In this document: piece after piece, positions 11,269 through 22,172 of the stretch
Layout: every line of letters begins with the position of its first letter
Numbering within the stretch: the first letter of the stretch is position 1
NCBI GenBank assembly: GCA_963788195.1
Contig: CAWBGA010000005.1
Location: 32,001 to 96,000, forward strand
Origin: Nitrospirota bacterium
Lineage (GTDB): Bacteria; Nitrospirota; Nitrospiria; Nitrospirales; NS-4
Length of the DNA stretch: 64,000 nucleotides
Direction of reading: 5' to 3'
Position numbers and translations under genes: made by a program
The notes under the pieces: model-generated
The model's input: the letters and a program-made list of their open reading frames with translations, nothing else
What the model was told of the DNA's origin: nothing
Database searches by the model: none

Positions 11269-11831
11269 AGCGATCCCACGTCGTCGTTCTTGCGGCCATC
11301 CTCATGGGATTGGGGGTCTGGCAATTGGGACATGGTGTGTGGATTTATGCGAAGGCTGAGCTCGCTCAATACCTTCTGGGGCGGGCCTGGGAACGAACGC
11401 TTGAAGGGGAAGCTACCGCGAAACCGTGGCCGTGGGCAGACACTTGGCCCCTGGGAAGACTGCAAATGCCGAAATACGGGGTCGACCTGATTCTGCTGGC
11501 AGGCGCCAGCGGCAGGACCTTGGCCTTTGGCCCTGGGCATGTTTCCTCCAGCCCCTTGCCGGGGGAAAGGGGTACTACGATTCTTAGCGGGCATCGGGAC
11601 ACGCATTTCCGTTTTCTGGTGCGCGTGGAAAAAGGCGATGAAGTTTTTGTAGAGGGGCCGGGGAAGGGACGTTATCGGTATCGGGTGACCCGCACAGACA
11701 TTGTGGATGCACGAAAGACCACGATTGCGACTAGCGACGAGGCCACATTAGTGCTGGTCACCTGTTACCCGTTTGACACCCTCATCCCGGGCGGCCCGAT
11801 GCGCTACATTGTGACTGCAGAGGGCTGGTGA
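11265..11831 (+). CDS. Class GN (Gram-negative) sortase
   Basis: PWPWADTWP, LAFGPG, LSGHRDTHF, LVLVTCYPF..R catalytic His/Cys/Arg; ATGA overlap with the target gene. Confidence 0.93.
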   Translation: MKRSHVVVLAAILMGLGVWQLGHGVWIYAKAELAQYLLGRAWERTLEGEATAKPWPWADTWPLGRLQMPKYGVDLILLAGASGRTLAFGPGHVSSSPLPGERGTTILSGHRDTHFRFLVRVEKGDEVFVEGPGKGRYRYRVTRTDIVDARKTTIATSDEATLVLVTCYPFDTLIPGGPMRYIVTAEGW

Positions 11832-11833
11832 AA

Positions 11834-12373
11834 CTATGGCAGGACGGGTAGGATCTTGCCGGTGTGGAGACGAAAGCCGTCGACCTGGAGATCCTCGACG
11901 TAATGCTCGAGTGTTTGATGAATGACGCGAAAGGCCAGGGTCTTCCAGGGAATATCTTCCGGCCGGAACAACTGGACCTCCAGGCTTTCATGGCCTGCCT
12001 TGAAATCCAACGTGCGCAAAGAAGCCCGGAAAATTATATAGACCTGACTGATGTGCGGAATACTGAACACTGTATAAAGCGCAGTCAGCTCCACGTCAGC
12101 TTCAGCTTCCTCGCGCGTTTCCCGAATCGCCGCCTGCTCGACGGTTTCTCCGTTTTCCATAAAGCCCGCCGGTAGCGTCCACAGGCCGTACTTAGGCTCA
12201 ATCGCCCTGCGGCAGAGGAGAATGCGATCGTCCCATTCGGGAATGCATCCGGCCACAATGCGGGGATTTTGGTAGTGGATGCTCTGGCAAATATCACAGA
12301 CGTGGCGAGGGAATGTATCACCCACAGGAATTTTAAACGCAACCTTTGCCCCGCAGTGGCTACAATAATTCAT
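11834..12373 (-). CDS. Zinc-ribbon NUDIX hydrolase
   Basis: CSHC..CDIC..HYQNP; Nudix box GFMENGETVEQAAIRETREE. Confidence 0.93.
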   Translation of the reverse strand: MNYCSHCGAKVAFKIPVGDTFPRHVCDICQSIHYQNPRIVAGCIPEWDDRILLCRRAIEPKYGLWTLPAGFMENGETVEQAAIRETREEAEADVELTALYTVFSIPHISQVYIIFRASLRTLDFKAGHESLEVQLFRPEDIPWKTLAFRVIHQTLEHYVEDLQVDGFRLHTGKILPVLP

Positions 12374-12574
12374 CGCGCAATTATGCCATAGGCAGCGCGT
12401 GGATTTCTTTAAAACACTTTGCGCTACGCAACTATTTGTGGTATGAAAACGGCAAAATACAATATTTAGGGGCTCCCATCTATATCTCAATAAAACACCC
12501 CAATTGAAACGTGGTCTCTCGGGGCGTATGTTGAGTTATCGTCTACTTGGTTTTTGGCCAAGCGAGAGGTGTCT

Positions 12575-13753
12575 ATGATCGAAATAGAGCGCTGGTTGGA
12601 TGTTCTGAGTATTGCGGTGATCGTCGGCATTGTTGGCGTCCTTTTAAACTCTATGAGGCAACGCCGGGTGAGCACGCGATCGCTATCTGAAAAACCGGCT
12701 CTCTTTCTTGAATTCACTGGAAAGCAAGTGTCCGTACGTCGCAAAAAAAGCAAGATCCTTCCTTCAGAACGTGAGCAGGCCGAAGCACGCAATATGAGCG
12801 TGGGGAGTACTCTTGCCGGGTTCAAGGGCGCGTGCCTCGCGACGAGACGCGATTCACTTAGAATTTGGCGCGAAACCTTGCAACGCAGCAGTTCCCTGAT
12901 GACGGCGACAGCTCGCCAGACCAGCGTCACCGCAGCCCGCGTTGTCGTTGCCCTGAGAGCCAGCCTTGAGGTCGCAAACCGCGTGCGCGTTGGCAGCCTT
13001 CTGAAGCGCGGCCTTAGCGGTGTTCAGGAGCGCCTTACCTGGACCCCTCAGCGTTTCGCGTGGGCCCGCATCGCTCGCCTCGGGGGTCTCCGCAGGGAGT
13101 TACGTATTGGACATTCTTGTGAGCAGGCGGTGAAGCGTCTACGACAAGGCGCCACAGATGTTCTCTTATACGTTGATTATCGTTGGTATCGGCTGGAACG
13201 CTCCTTACAATCGCAAAGGCAACAGTTCGCAGCAGTCACGTCTCGCCTGGCGAAGACCCCGTTCAAAGAGTTGCACGTGGTGAGAGTGTTGATGATGAAC
13301 ACACAAAACGGCTTCGCGGCTCAGGAGCGCGTTCAGAACCGGTTGCGGGAAGCAAACAGCGTGATCCTTCAGCGATGGCAGGATCTGGCGGCCGGCTGTC
13401 GGGCCTTGCAAGACGCTGCGCGTGGCTACATCCGTCGCCTATCGGAGACCGAAAATCCAGAGCCGGCAGAACCCGAGTCAGTAAAATCACCGGGAGCCAG
13501 CTCCTCTGGGTTCGGCGAGTTGAGCGCTGCTGAACCCGTGGTCCTGAGTTTGACGAGTGCAGGGACCTTGAAGCTCAAGAGCCGCCTTGAGGACGAGAGG
13601 ACCTCGATGGCGCCCAGATCCGCTGGGTCCATGAGCGCGGCATCAAAAGGCGCGCCCGCGCTAGGCCAGGTCTCAGTGCGCTATGTAGGAGCGCTTCAGA
13701 GGCGCTACGGTGATCCCGGCGAAAGCAGACAGTCCAAGCAGGCGATCAAGTAA
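12575..13753 (+). CDS. Hypothetical Arg-rich protein with N-terminal TM helix
   Basis: Long ORF, GAGGT RBS before ATG 12575; no recognisable domain. Confidence 0.45.
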   Translation: MIEIERWLDVLSIAVIVGIVGVLLNSMRQRRVSTRSLSEKPALFLEFTGKQVSVRRKKSKILPSEREQAEARNMSVGSTLAGFKGACLATRRDSLRIWRETLQRSSSLMTATARQTSVTAARVVVALRASLEVANRVRVGSLLKRGLSGVQERLTWTPQRFAWARIARLGGLRRELRIGHSCEQAVKRLRQGATDVLLYVDYRWYRLERSLQSQRQQFAAVTSRLAKTPFKELHVVRVLMMNTQNGFAAQERVQNRLREANSVILQRWQDLAAGCRALQDAARGYIRRLSETENPEPAEPESVKSPGASSSGFGELSAAEPVVLSLTSAGTLKLKSRLEDERTSMAPRSAGSMSAASKGAPALGQVSVRYVGALQRRYGDPGESRQSKQAIK

Positions 13754-14007
13754 AGACGGCCGCGTTTCCCACGCCTTAGGGCGTTAAGCCGCACTTTCCC
13801 TGTCCCCAGGCCCCACACCGATTTCCTGTCGGGGCTCAGTTCGATTCGTCGCATACATGGCGACAATCCACGCTCCTCCAATTGATTGTGTGTCTAGCCA
13901 TAGCCTAACAGTCCGAGAACCTGCGATTAAGGGACATGAGGGCAGGAACAGTCCGAGATGAACCTGCATTAAGGGGTCAAATTTCCAGCTGCGGTAAATT
14001 CGTGCGC

Positions 14008-14058
14008 TTGACAGCCGTGGCTGAATGAGGCAATAATGAGATTGAAATTCAATATTGC
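14008..14058 (+). promoter_or_regulatory. Sigma70-like promoter overlapped by a Fur/Zur-family box
   Basis: TTGACA (14008) then AATAAT; imperfect palindrome GCAATAATGAGATTGAAATTCAATATTGC (14030-14058). Confidence 0.55.
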
Positions 14059-14081
14059 AATACGACTCTCATGGTAACTTA

Positions 14082-14852
14082 ATGGATCAGTTGCAACGGT
14101 TTTGGGAACTTGTCGGGCTTGGCGCGGTTGCCGGCCTCCTGCCCGTTTATTTGGGTATTTTTGCAGCCTTCTTCGTTGCCAAACTGTTGAGCCGTTCCTG
14201 GGAAGGATTCCTGACCGGTATCTCAACAGGCATCCTCGTCTATCTGTTTTTTGACCTCATGCATGAAGCTGTGGAGCTCACCGGCGCTAAGGATCCCTTG
14301 TCCTGGGGAGTCTTCCTTGGAAGCCTGCTCATCGGCTTTGTCGGTCTAGTGGCGATCGAGCAGCGCCAGCTAAAAAAAAATCGCGTCGAAGGGGTGCGTC
14401 TTTTTCTCCCATATATGATCGCGCTCGGAATGGGGCTGCATAACCTTGGAGAAGGCCTGGCGATCGGAGCGAGTTACGCGCATGGAGAGTGGGTGCTAAG
14501 CGGGGTGTTGGTCAGCGGGTTTGCTTTGCATAACGGCACGGAAGGGTTCGCGATCGTAAGTTCCGCGGGGAAAGCACGGCTTGCGGCAAGGGACATTTTC
14601 ATGATGGGCTTGCTGGCGGGGTTGCCTACATGTGTGGGGGCTGTGGCCAGCGGTTTCACCCTCTCGCCCTACCTCTCGACTATGTTCTATGCGCTGGCCG
14701 CCGGCTCACTGCTCTACGTCATCTTCTCGCTCGTGACCATCTTCTACACGCCCGCTCGGCGCATGCAGACCGCGACCGGAGTGTTCGCCGGGGTGAGCCT
14801 GATGTATATCACCGCGATGATTTTGACAATCCTCACAGGAATGAAAACCTGA
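14082..14852 (+). CDS. ZIP family divalent metal transporter
   Basis: GMGLHNLGEGLAIG and ALHNGTEG motifs; multi-TM. Confidence 0.9.
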   Translation: MDQLQRFWELVGLGAVAGLLPVYLGIFAAFFVAKLLSRSWEGFLTGISTGILVYLFFDLMHEAVELTGAKDPLSWGVFLGSLLIGFVGLVAIEQRQLKKNRVEGVRLFLPYMIALGMGLHNLGEGLAIGASYAHGEWVLSGVLVSGFALHNGTEGFAIVSSAGKARLAARDIFMMGLLAGLPTCVGAVASGFTLSPYLSTMFYALAAGSLLYVIFSLVTIFYTPARRMQTATGVFAGVSLMYITAMILTILTGMKT

Positions 14853-14892
14853 TGATCACGCGAGGATTGAGGTATGATAGCGTCACACCTCA

Positions 14893-15324
14893 ATGCGAAT
14901 GTGTCCCAAATGCCGCCTGATCACCGCCGACGCTGCGACGTGCGCCGAATGCGGATGGGACCTCACCGGGGTAGTCCCGGCTAGCGGCTCGCCGGCCGGA
15001 AACTACGCCGCCCGCCTTCAGTCTCTCATGGTCTTCACTGCGGTCATGTTCGCCTTGGGATTCGTCACCGCGTTTTCGGTCACCGACGCCGATCCTACGG
15101 GGCCGGCGCTCGCGGGGGGGTTCTTCGGGGCTGCTTTTATCGCGGATTTCTTTCTGCTGCGATTAATTTATCAAGCGGCCAAGCTCTACCAGGAAGCCCA
15201 GCCTTGGACCCGCGGAGCTTTGCTGACGTTCCCCTTCGGGACGCTGGTGTTTGCGTGGCTGCTTGTCAAGCGTCTTCGCCAGGAAAAGCCGGTCTCTGGA
15301 CAGGCAAATGACGGCAGCCCTTGA
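14893..15324 (+). CDS. Zinc-ribbon membrane protein, hypothetical
   Basis: CPKC..CAEC then three TM segments. Confidence 0.7.
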   Translation: MRMCPKCRLITADAATCAECGWDLTGVVPASGSPAGNYAARLQSLMVFTAVMFALGFVTAFSVTDADPTGPALAGGFFGAAFIADFFLLRLIYQAAKLYQEAQPWTRGALLTFPFGTLVFAWLLVKRLRQEKPVSGQANDGSP

Positions 15325-15401
15325 ACACCTCATACTGTTGGGATATTCTCATGAATGGGGAAAGGAGCGTCCAGGACACCTGTGGGCGGGTGCAAGGGGA
15401 A

Positions 15402-15437
15402 GGAATCTGTCTTGGCAGATTCCAGGGTGGGCGGGTG
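15402..15437 (-). repeat. Dispersed REP-like repeat (CACCCGCCCACCCTG-hairpin family)
   Basis: Reverse complement CACCCGCCCACCCTGGAATCTGCCAAGACAGATTCC; similar copies at 21382, 21452, 46732, 47147, 50074. Confidence 0.75.
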
Positions 15438-15495
15438 AGCAAGCTTCTTGGCAGATTACTTTTACAGATCATATGTGCGCAATGGAGGTGAAATC

Positions 15496-16129
15496 GTGAG
15501 ACATGGCTTGCTGGCGGTACTGAGCCTCGTGATGGTTGTGCTCGTAGGGTGCGGAGGACCAGGAAAGACGATCCCTCTTGCTCCGGACATGAAGACTGTC
15601 CCGGCTCCACCGAAGGTGCGGAGCGCTCCGCGAGTCGCCGTCGTTCCTTTCGAGGATGTTCGCGCCGATAAGACCGCAATCGGGCGTCACCAACATTATG
15701 TCGAGTCGAATGTGGACCGGTTTGTCCCAGTAGAGGGTTCAGCCTCTGACGCAGGTTACGAAATTCGTCGTCGACTATTTGAAGCAAGCAGGGATCCCCG
15801 TGACCTTGTCGCAAGGAGCTCAGCCATCCCCGGACACTGCAGATGTGATTTTGACGGGACAGATTGAATCGTATTGGACTGAAGCGGTAAAGCGATTTGG
15901 GAGTACGGAGCTCAGTTCGAAGAACCGGCTGCGAATCAAACTCACGAATCTCAGCGACGGCAGCACAATGTCGGCAACGGTCGGAGGAGAGGGCACCACC
16001 AAGGTCGTCAACTTCGACCACGCCGATCTGGAAAAACTTGCCGGCGAGGCTCTCGGCCAAAGCCTGGCGCGCTTCCTGGGAGACTTAAGGGTTGTCGACC
16101 GGTCGTTCAAACCCAAACGCGAAGAGTGA
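15496..16129 (+). CDS. YajG-like lipoprotein (frameshifted)
   Basis: Lipobox VLVGC, RVAVVPFEDVR; continues in ORF 15779..16129. Confidence 0.65.
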
Positions 16130-16190
16130 TTTTCCTCGGAAGCTGGTAGTAGTAAGCGGCCAGCGGTAGTTGACTTGAGCGACACAGAAC

Positions 16191-17246
16191 GTGGCGAAAC
16201 AGTCCATTTCCGTCGAGCAGTTGCGGGCCCAGACCGAAGAGCTGCTGTCGCTGCCTGAGTCTGACCCGCAGGCTGCAATCCTTAAAGAGCTCCTAAGCTC
16301 GGTCCTCCGGCTCAACAGCTCCCGGCTGGACATGCTCGATCTCAAGATCATCCACCGAAGCCTGAAGGAGATGCGGTACGCTTTTCGCGTCTTCAAACCC
16401 TACAGGCACCGGCGGAAAGTCAGTGTCTTCGGATCGGCCCGGCTTCCATCCGGCACGCCGTTGTATGACCTCGCGAGACAGTTCGCGAAACTACTCTCTG
16501 AACAGAGTTTCATGGTGATCACGGGAGCGGGCGACGGCATTATGCGAGCGGCCAACGAAGGCGCCGGCCGCGAAAACAGCTTTGGAGTCAATATCCTGCT
16601 GCCATTTGAGCAGGAGGCGAATCCTGCGATCGTGGATGACCCCAAACTCATCACCTTCAAGTATTTTTTTACGCGGAAGTTATTCTTCGCGCGCGAATCA
16701 CATGCCAGCGCGGTCTTCCCGGGCGGGTTCGGCACACACGATGAGTGCTTTGAAATTTTGACGCTGCTGCAGACCGGCAAAAACAATCCCCACCCCGTTG
16801 TCATGCTCGATGTCCCGGGGGGCACGTACTGGCGCAAATGGGAGCGATTTCTTCAGGAAGATATGGTGGCGACAAAGCTCATATCACCTGAGGATCTGAA
16901 TCTCTTTCGGATTGTGGATTCGGCGGAAGCGGCGGTGGCGGAAATTGTGGGCTTTTACCGGACCTATCACTCATGCCGATTCGTGAAGGGCCGTCTGGTG
17001 CTGCGCTTACAGCATCCGATAGCACCGGGGCAGGTCGATCAGATCAACGAGCAGCTCGGCCATCTATATCCTGGCGGGAAGGTGCAGCAGCGCTCGGCAC
17101 TACCCGAAGAAGCCGACGAACCGGAGCTACTTGCGCTGCCGCGACTCGTTGTCCCTTACGATCGACGAAGCGCCGGGAACCTGCGCCAGTTGATCGACCT
17201 GGTGAACGCCATGCCCGCGGCAGCGTCCCCTTCCCCGCCCGCTTAG
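16191..17246 (+). CDS. LOG family protein (Rossmann-fold nucleotide phosphoribohydrolase-like)
   Basis: VSVFGSAR, ITGAGDGIM, FKYFFTRK, FPGGFGTHDE. Confidence 0.92.
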   Translation: MAKQSISVEQLRAQTEELLSLPESDPQAAILKELLSSVLRLNSSRLDMLDLKIIHRSLKEMRYAFRVFKPYRHRRKVSVFGSARLPSGTPLYDLARQFAKLLSEQSFMVITGAGDGIMRAANEGAGRENSFGVNILLPFEQEANPAIVDDPKLITFKYFFTRKLFFARESHASAVFPGGFGTHDECFEILTLLQTGKNNPHPVVMLDVPGGTYWRKWERFLQEDMVATKLISPEDLNLFRIVDSAEAAVAEIVGFYRTYHSCRFVKGRLVLRLQHPIAPGQVDQINEQLGHLYPGGKVQQRSALPEEADEPELLALPRLVVPYDRRSAGNLRQLIDLVNAMPAAASPSPPA

Positions 17247-17686
17247 TACCGCAGCGTCACCGAAGACGCGCTGCTCGCTGCGCCAAAAAACTCTCTGGAG
17301 AAGGCCTCCACGACCGCAGGGTCGTACCCTTTACAACTAAAGATGTCGAGATACGCCCGGTTAGTAGCATTGGCGAAGTGTCCGCTGATGAGCGAAGTCT
17401 CAATGAGCTGCGTCATCGAGTACCCGGCGACACGTCCCTCTCCGAAATGGACGATCTGGCAATCGCCGTATCGCTTCATCCCGATTAGGTCGCAGAGCGC
17501 CACGACATACGCCTGGATTTTGTTTCGGCTGCGGATGGTGTCAGGGTCGCAGTTCTGAAGATCTATCGAAGCGGAGAGGCCCCAGGCCTTTCCCTCCCCT
17601 ACCAGCTCTTCCTGCAAGCCGTTCGGAGAGGTTGCCGGGGCCATTGTTGGCAAGATCGCGCCTTCAGCATTTTCAAGTGCATTCAT
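17243..17686 (-). CDS. speD: S-adenosylmethionine decarboxylase proenzyme
   Basis: IETSLISGH self-cleavage region, YLDIFSCK. Confidence 0.85.
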   Translation of the reverse strand: MNALENAEGAILPTMAPATSPNGLQEELVGEGKAWGLSASIDLQNCDPDTIRSRNKIQAYVVALCDLIGMKRYGDCQIVHFGEGRVAGYSMTQLIETSLISGHFANATNRAYLDIFSCKGYDPAVVEAFSREFFGAASSASSVTLRY

Positions 17687-17797
17687 CGATAGAGATTCAC
17701 CTCCTGGTTCGTGAGCATGTGCCTAGGATGAAAGTGCACTATAACACAAATTTTTCGATATCCATCCCCTTAGAAAAGTTTTGTTCGCGAGCGGAAG

Positions 17798-18130
17798 CTA
17801 TGACGAAGGTTTCGGAATGAAGTCGCGAATGCGGGTACGAGCTTCTTCGACGGACATCTTACCCAGCTCAACCTGGCGGCGCACCCACAGCTCATGTTGC
17901 GTGCGGAGTTGATATTCCCGGCGCCGCTCGAGCGCGCCGCGGTCCATCGTCCAGATCGACGTGTAATAGGTGTCCTGTTGCGACGTCAACAGCCCCGCCT
18001 GGCCAAGGACAGCGTGCTCATCGAAATCCGGGGAATCCCAGGACCAGGTCTCGTCGTAGGATGCGGTTGTCGCGCAGGCTCCGAGCAGGACTGCCGCGAG
18101 AACGGCGAGAAGAAGGCGGGCTCTTATCAT
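17798..18130 (-). CDS. Hypothetical lipoprotein
   Basis: Lipobox LLGAC. Confidence 0.7.
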   Translation of the reverse strand: MIRARLLLAVLAAVLLGACATTASYDETWSWDSPDFDEHAVLGQAGLLTSQQDTYYTSIWTMDRGALERRREYQLRTQHELWVRRQVELGKMSVEEARTRIRDFIPKPSS

Positions 18131-18200
18131 ACAGCGGAGAATAACGAGGAGGGTGGCTCAGAATCAAGGCTGTACGTCATCTGCTGAATGAGACAAAGAG

Positions 18201-18300
18201 CCCTTCGAGGCCTCAGGGCGAACGGAATTGATCCGGTGATGCTTCAACACCTGCCATAGATCCGTTCACTTCGTGAGCCAAGTCAAGGGACTGTCGAAGG
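18201..18300. repeat. Degenerate REP-like pair (CCCTTCGA..CTCAGGGCGAACGG family)
   Basis: CCCTTCGAGGCCTCAGGGCGAACGG and inverted CCGTTC...GTGAGCC...GTCGAAGG. Confidence 0.4.
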
Positions 18301-18335
18301 ACACAGCAATGACATCCAGGCTCACGTCGATCAGG

Positions 18336-21300
18336 TTAAGGCGGCCCTGGATTCAGACCAACCGGCGGGATGTCCGGCGAAAACCCGCGTCGCAATGTCT
18401 GCTCGCTGATGACGGCCGTCGTCATAAACTGGGCGAGGTAATCCGGCCCGCCGGCCTTGGCTCCCGTCCCGGACAAGCGCGCACCGCCGAACGGCTGGCG
18501 GCCGACCAGGGCGCCGGTGATGCCCCTATTAATATATAGGTTACCTACCAGGTAAGCGTCGCGCGCACGAGCAATGTTTCGCGGGCTTCGGGAGTAGAGC
18601 CCGCCGGTCAGGGCATAGTCGGTTGCATTGGCGAACGTGAGGGCCTCCTCAAAATCCCGGGCGCGCAGCACTGCCAGCACCGGCCCGAAGATCTCTTCGT
18701 TGGCCAGCCGGTGCTCGGGGCGTATGCCGGTGAAGATCGCCGGGCCGAGGAAGTTCGGCCCCGGCCGATGCGCGAGATCGGGTCGCAGCACCGCGCGCCC
18801 TTCCTTCTCGCCGATCTCAATATAGCTCAGGACCTTCTGTACGGCGCGTTCATCGATCAATGGGCCAAGGCCTGTGCCGGGATCATCAGGCATACCTATC
18901 CGGACGCTCCGCACCGCCTCGACGAGGCGGTCAACAAAGGCATCATGGATGGTATCCAGCAGGATCAACCGTGAGCACGCCGAACACTTTTGACCTTGGT
19001 AGCCCAAGAATGAGGCGGTCACCCCTGCGACCGCCTCGTCGGGATCGGCTGTTTCGTCGACGATAATGGCATTCTTGCCGCCCATCTCGGCGATCACCTT
19101 TTTGACCTCATGTTGCCCGGGCCGTACACGCCCCGCCTCAGCAATGATGTCAAGGCCCACCGCCTTCGAACCGGTGAACGCGATCACGGAAATCCCGTGA
19201 TGGGTGACCAGGCGCCGCCCGACTTCCGCCTCGCCGGGAAGAAATTGAAGCACGCCCTCAGGCAAGCCCGCGTCACGGAAGATCTCGACCAGGACATAGC
19301 CTGTGAGCGGCGCCCGTTCCGATGGCTTAAACAGCACCGCATTCCCCGTGACAAGCGCTCCTGACACCATCCCGGCTGGGATCGCCAGCGGGAAGTTCCA
19401 GGGCGAGAGCACGGCGGCAAGCCCGCGTGGCCGGTACACAAGCTGATTCAGTTCTCCCGGTGCGTCGCCCATCCGGATGGGCACGGCCAGCCGGCGCATC
19501 TCGCCGGCATAGTAAGTTGAGAAAATCGATGGCTTCAGCCACGTCAGCATCGGCCTCCCTCCACGTTTTTCCCGTCTCATAGACTTCGAGGGCGGCGACC
19601 TCGAACCTGCGGCCCCGCAGCGCGTCGGCGGCCTTTTGAAGTACCCGGGCACCGCTGCTCCGCCGGCGTGCCGGCCCATGCGGGCTGACTGGCCTGCGCG
19701 CGGGCCACTGCTTCGTTCACGTCCTGTGCCTCCGCGGCCGTGACAGACCCCACCACTTCCTCTGGCCGCGCAGGGTTTCGGGAGATGAGCGTGTCCCGAT
19801 CCGTTCCAGCGTGCGCAGGAAAGTCGAGATCGATCCGACGTCCCAGGTGGCGTTTGGCGTGTACCAATGCCTGTTGCATCTTCTCTCGCGCGTCTGCACG
19901 AGCGAAGTCGGTGTGAGGCTCATTGACGAACCGGCCGTTTGCCGTCGTCTTTCCATTCACCGTGAGCTTCTTGAATCGTGCCCGGTTTGCCGTCAAAAGG
20001 CGGCCGCAGCAGCTCGTCCAGGCTTTGCTTGCCCATGAACTGCCGGCGCAGAACGGATTCGTTCGCGGTGTTTTCCAGGAGGCGACGGACGAGGTATGCC
20101 ATGCCCGCAATGAGTTCTCCCACCGGCGCGTAGACGCGCAATCGGTAGCCTTCTTTCACCACAGCGCCCTGAAGAGAATCCGCCATCCCGTGCAACATCT
20201 GAATCTCGATGCTGTTCCGCGGAAGCCCGCGGCGCTCGGCTTCAGCGATCGCCAGAGCGATTTGCCGGAGATTATGGGTGCCCCACATGGGACGGATCAC
20301 TTCAATCTCGTCGAGCATGAGCGGAATCAGACGTTCGTAGCAGGCATCGGTCGCATCCTTTTCGGGAAAGACCGGAATCGGCCAGCCGCGTTGGCGGTGG
20401 ATGATCGTTTCGTAGTCCCAATAGGCCCCCTTGACCAGGCGAATTCCAAATGGCCGTTGCCGAGCTTTGGCCCAGGCGATGAACTCCTTCACGTCTCGTT
20501 CGGTATCTTTAAGGTAGGCTTGCAGCGCGATACTCGCATACGGGTACTGCCGGAATTCCTCCTCGAGCAACAGCCGTTTCACGATCCCGATCGTCAAATC
20601 CTTCCAGGAATACTGCTCCATGTCGAAGGTGATGCCGACGGGGAGACCTGCCGCCAGACGCAATAGTGGGCGCAGCCGGCCGGCGATGGCCGCGTAGCAG
20701 CCCTCCGGGTCAATGGGATCGAACTGTGAATAGAGCGCCGACAGCTTGATCGACACCTGCGCGCGGGGCAGGGGCCCCAGATGATCGGCCTCCAGTAAAG
20801 GAGCGGCAGGCCACCCGGCGGCAGCGGCCGCCAAGGATGTGATCGCTTGACGGTAGCGGGCGGCATAAGCGTCGGCTTCTCGCTCTGAGACGACCGCCTC
20901 GCCAAGGAGGTCAATCGAGTGCGCGAGGCCCCTCTTCCATAAAGATTCAACCGCGGGCAGGGCCTCCGGCATCCCGGCACCGGCGATGAACTGGTTCGCC
21001 ATGTGGAGCGTCTGATTGTAAATGGTGTCCGCACTGATGCTGGCGCCGAAGCCGACAGCTGAAAGGGCGCGCATCCCCCATCGCATCAATGAACGCCCCC
21101 CGGCGGCCGGCAGAGCAGCTTCTCCGAAGTACTCTTCGACAAGACGTTGGATCTGGTCGGGGGACTTCAAGGTAGGCAGCACGTCAATGAAACGAAAGAG
21201 CTGGACTTTGAAGGCCTCGTCCTTGACCGCCCACTCCAACAACAGGCCGCTCCACCACTGGCGATCGAACAGCCGAGACGGGGCGGCCGCTGCAGTGTCA

Positions 21301-21353
21301 TAGAGCTGCTGCGCGTGTCGCCGGATATCCTGTTCTGATGCGCGTTGAGCCAT
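18336..21353 (-). CDS. putA: Bifunctional proline dehydrogenase / P5C dehydrogenase (frameshifted into three ORFs)
   Basis: PRODH: FDME, IRLVKGAYWD, AYLVRRLLENTAN; ALDH: SPWNFP, FTGS, EMGGKN, GQKCSAC, EEIFGP. Confidence 0.95.
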
Positions 21354-21381
21354 AGAGATATTATATACCCCGCACCCGCCT

Positions 21382-21488
21382 ACCCACCCACCCTGGAATC
21401 TGCCAGGACAGATTCCTTTGCCCCTGGCAATTCCTTATTTCCCATGGGTAAGGAGTTTGTCTTGGCAAACTCGGGGCAGGGTGGGTGA
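21382..21488. repeat. Inverted pair of REP-like repeats
   Basis: CCCACCCTGGAATCTGCCAGGACAGATTCC and inverted GGAGTTTGTCTTGGCAAACTC..GGGTGGGTG. Confidence 0.7.
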
Positions 21489-21543
21489 AATGAATTCGGC
21501 GTGACCTTGAATTCCGCGCAGAGGCTCAGTTAGACTTCTCACC

Positions 21544-22161
21544 ATGGCGGAGATTCCGGTTTTCACCATTCCCGGCGAGCAGAAGAAGGAGCCCCGGCAG
21601 TTCTTCACGCGCGTGTTTTGCCTGCGGAAGGACCCGCCGCCGCTCGGCCTGTTGGTGGAGTTTCTTAAATCAAAGGGGGCTACCCCTATTTTGCCCGAGG
21701 GTGTCAACGACAAACTCCTGAACAGTTGGAACTGGGTGGGCGTTGAGATCGGCTATCAGAAGGATCGCAAACCGATCCTACTGACCTGCTGCCGGAAAGG
21801 CAGCGCGCAGGATGAGATCTTTACGCAGAACGTCGAGGGATTACTGTCCTTCGTGGACACGCACCGCGAGCTCGATAGTTGGCGGGTCTCGGACCATCTG
21901 CGCGCATGCCGCTTCTTCGTCGCATCCATTTTAGACAAAAATGACATCACCGATGAGGGCTACGACTTCAACGGCTGGGTCCTGCAGTTCTTTGAGGAAA
22001 ACTGCGACGGCATGGTGCAGATCGACGGCCAAGGGTTCTACGGGCCGGAAGGCGACATCATCCTTGATCTGCCGCCGATCGACGATGAACACGAAAAAGA
22101 GGAACCCGCCGCTTCCGGCCTGATCACTCCGACGCCGCTCAAACAGACCGGCCAAGCCTGA
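21544..22161 (+). CDS. Conserved hypothetical protein
   Basis: Clean ORF with globular composition. Confidence 0.8.
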   Translation: MAEIPVFTIPGEQKKEPRQFFTRVFCLRKDPPPLGLLVEFLKSKGATPILPEGVNDKLLNSWNWVGVEIGYQKDRKPILLTCCRKGSAQDEIFTQNVEGLLSFVDTHRELDSWRVSDHLRACRFFVASILDKNDITDEGYDFNGWVLQFFEENCDGMVQIDGQGFYGPEGDIILDLPPIDDEHEKEEPAASGLITPTPLKQTGQA

Positions 22162-22172
22162 CTTACGGCCGC

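Noticed and set aside
12375..12392. Sigma54 promoter for the NUDIX gene (TGGCATAATTGC)
   Set aside because: GG-GC spacing is wrong and the motif abuts the start codon.
18336..21353. Programmed frameshifting or a naturally split putA
   Set aside because: No slippery-site pattern, and similar indels occur throughout the window.
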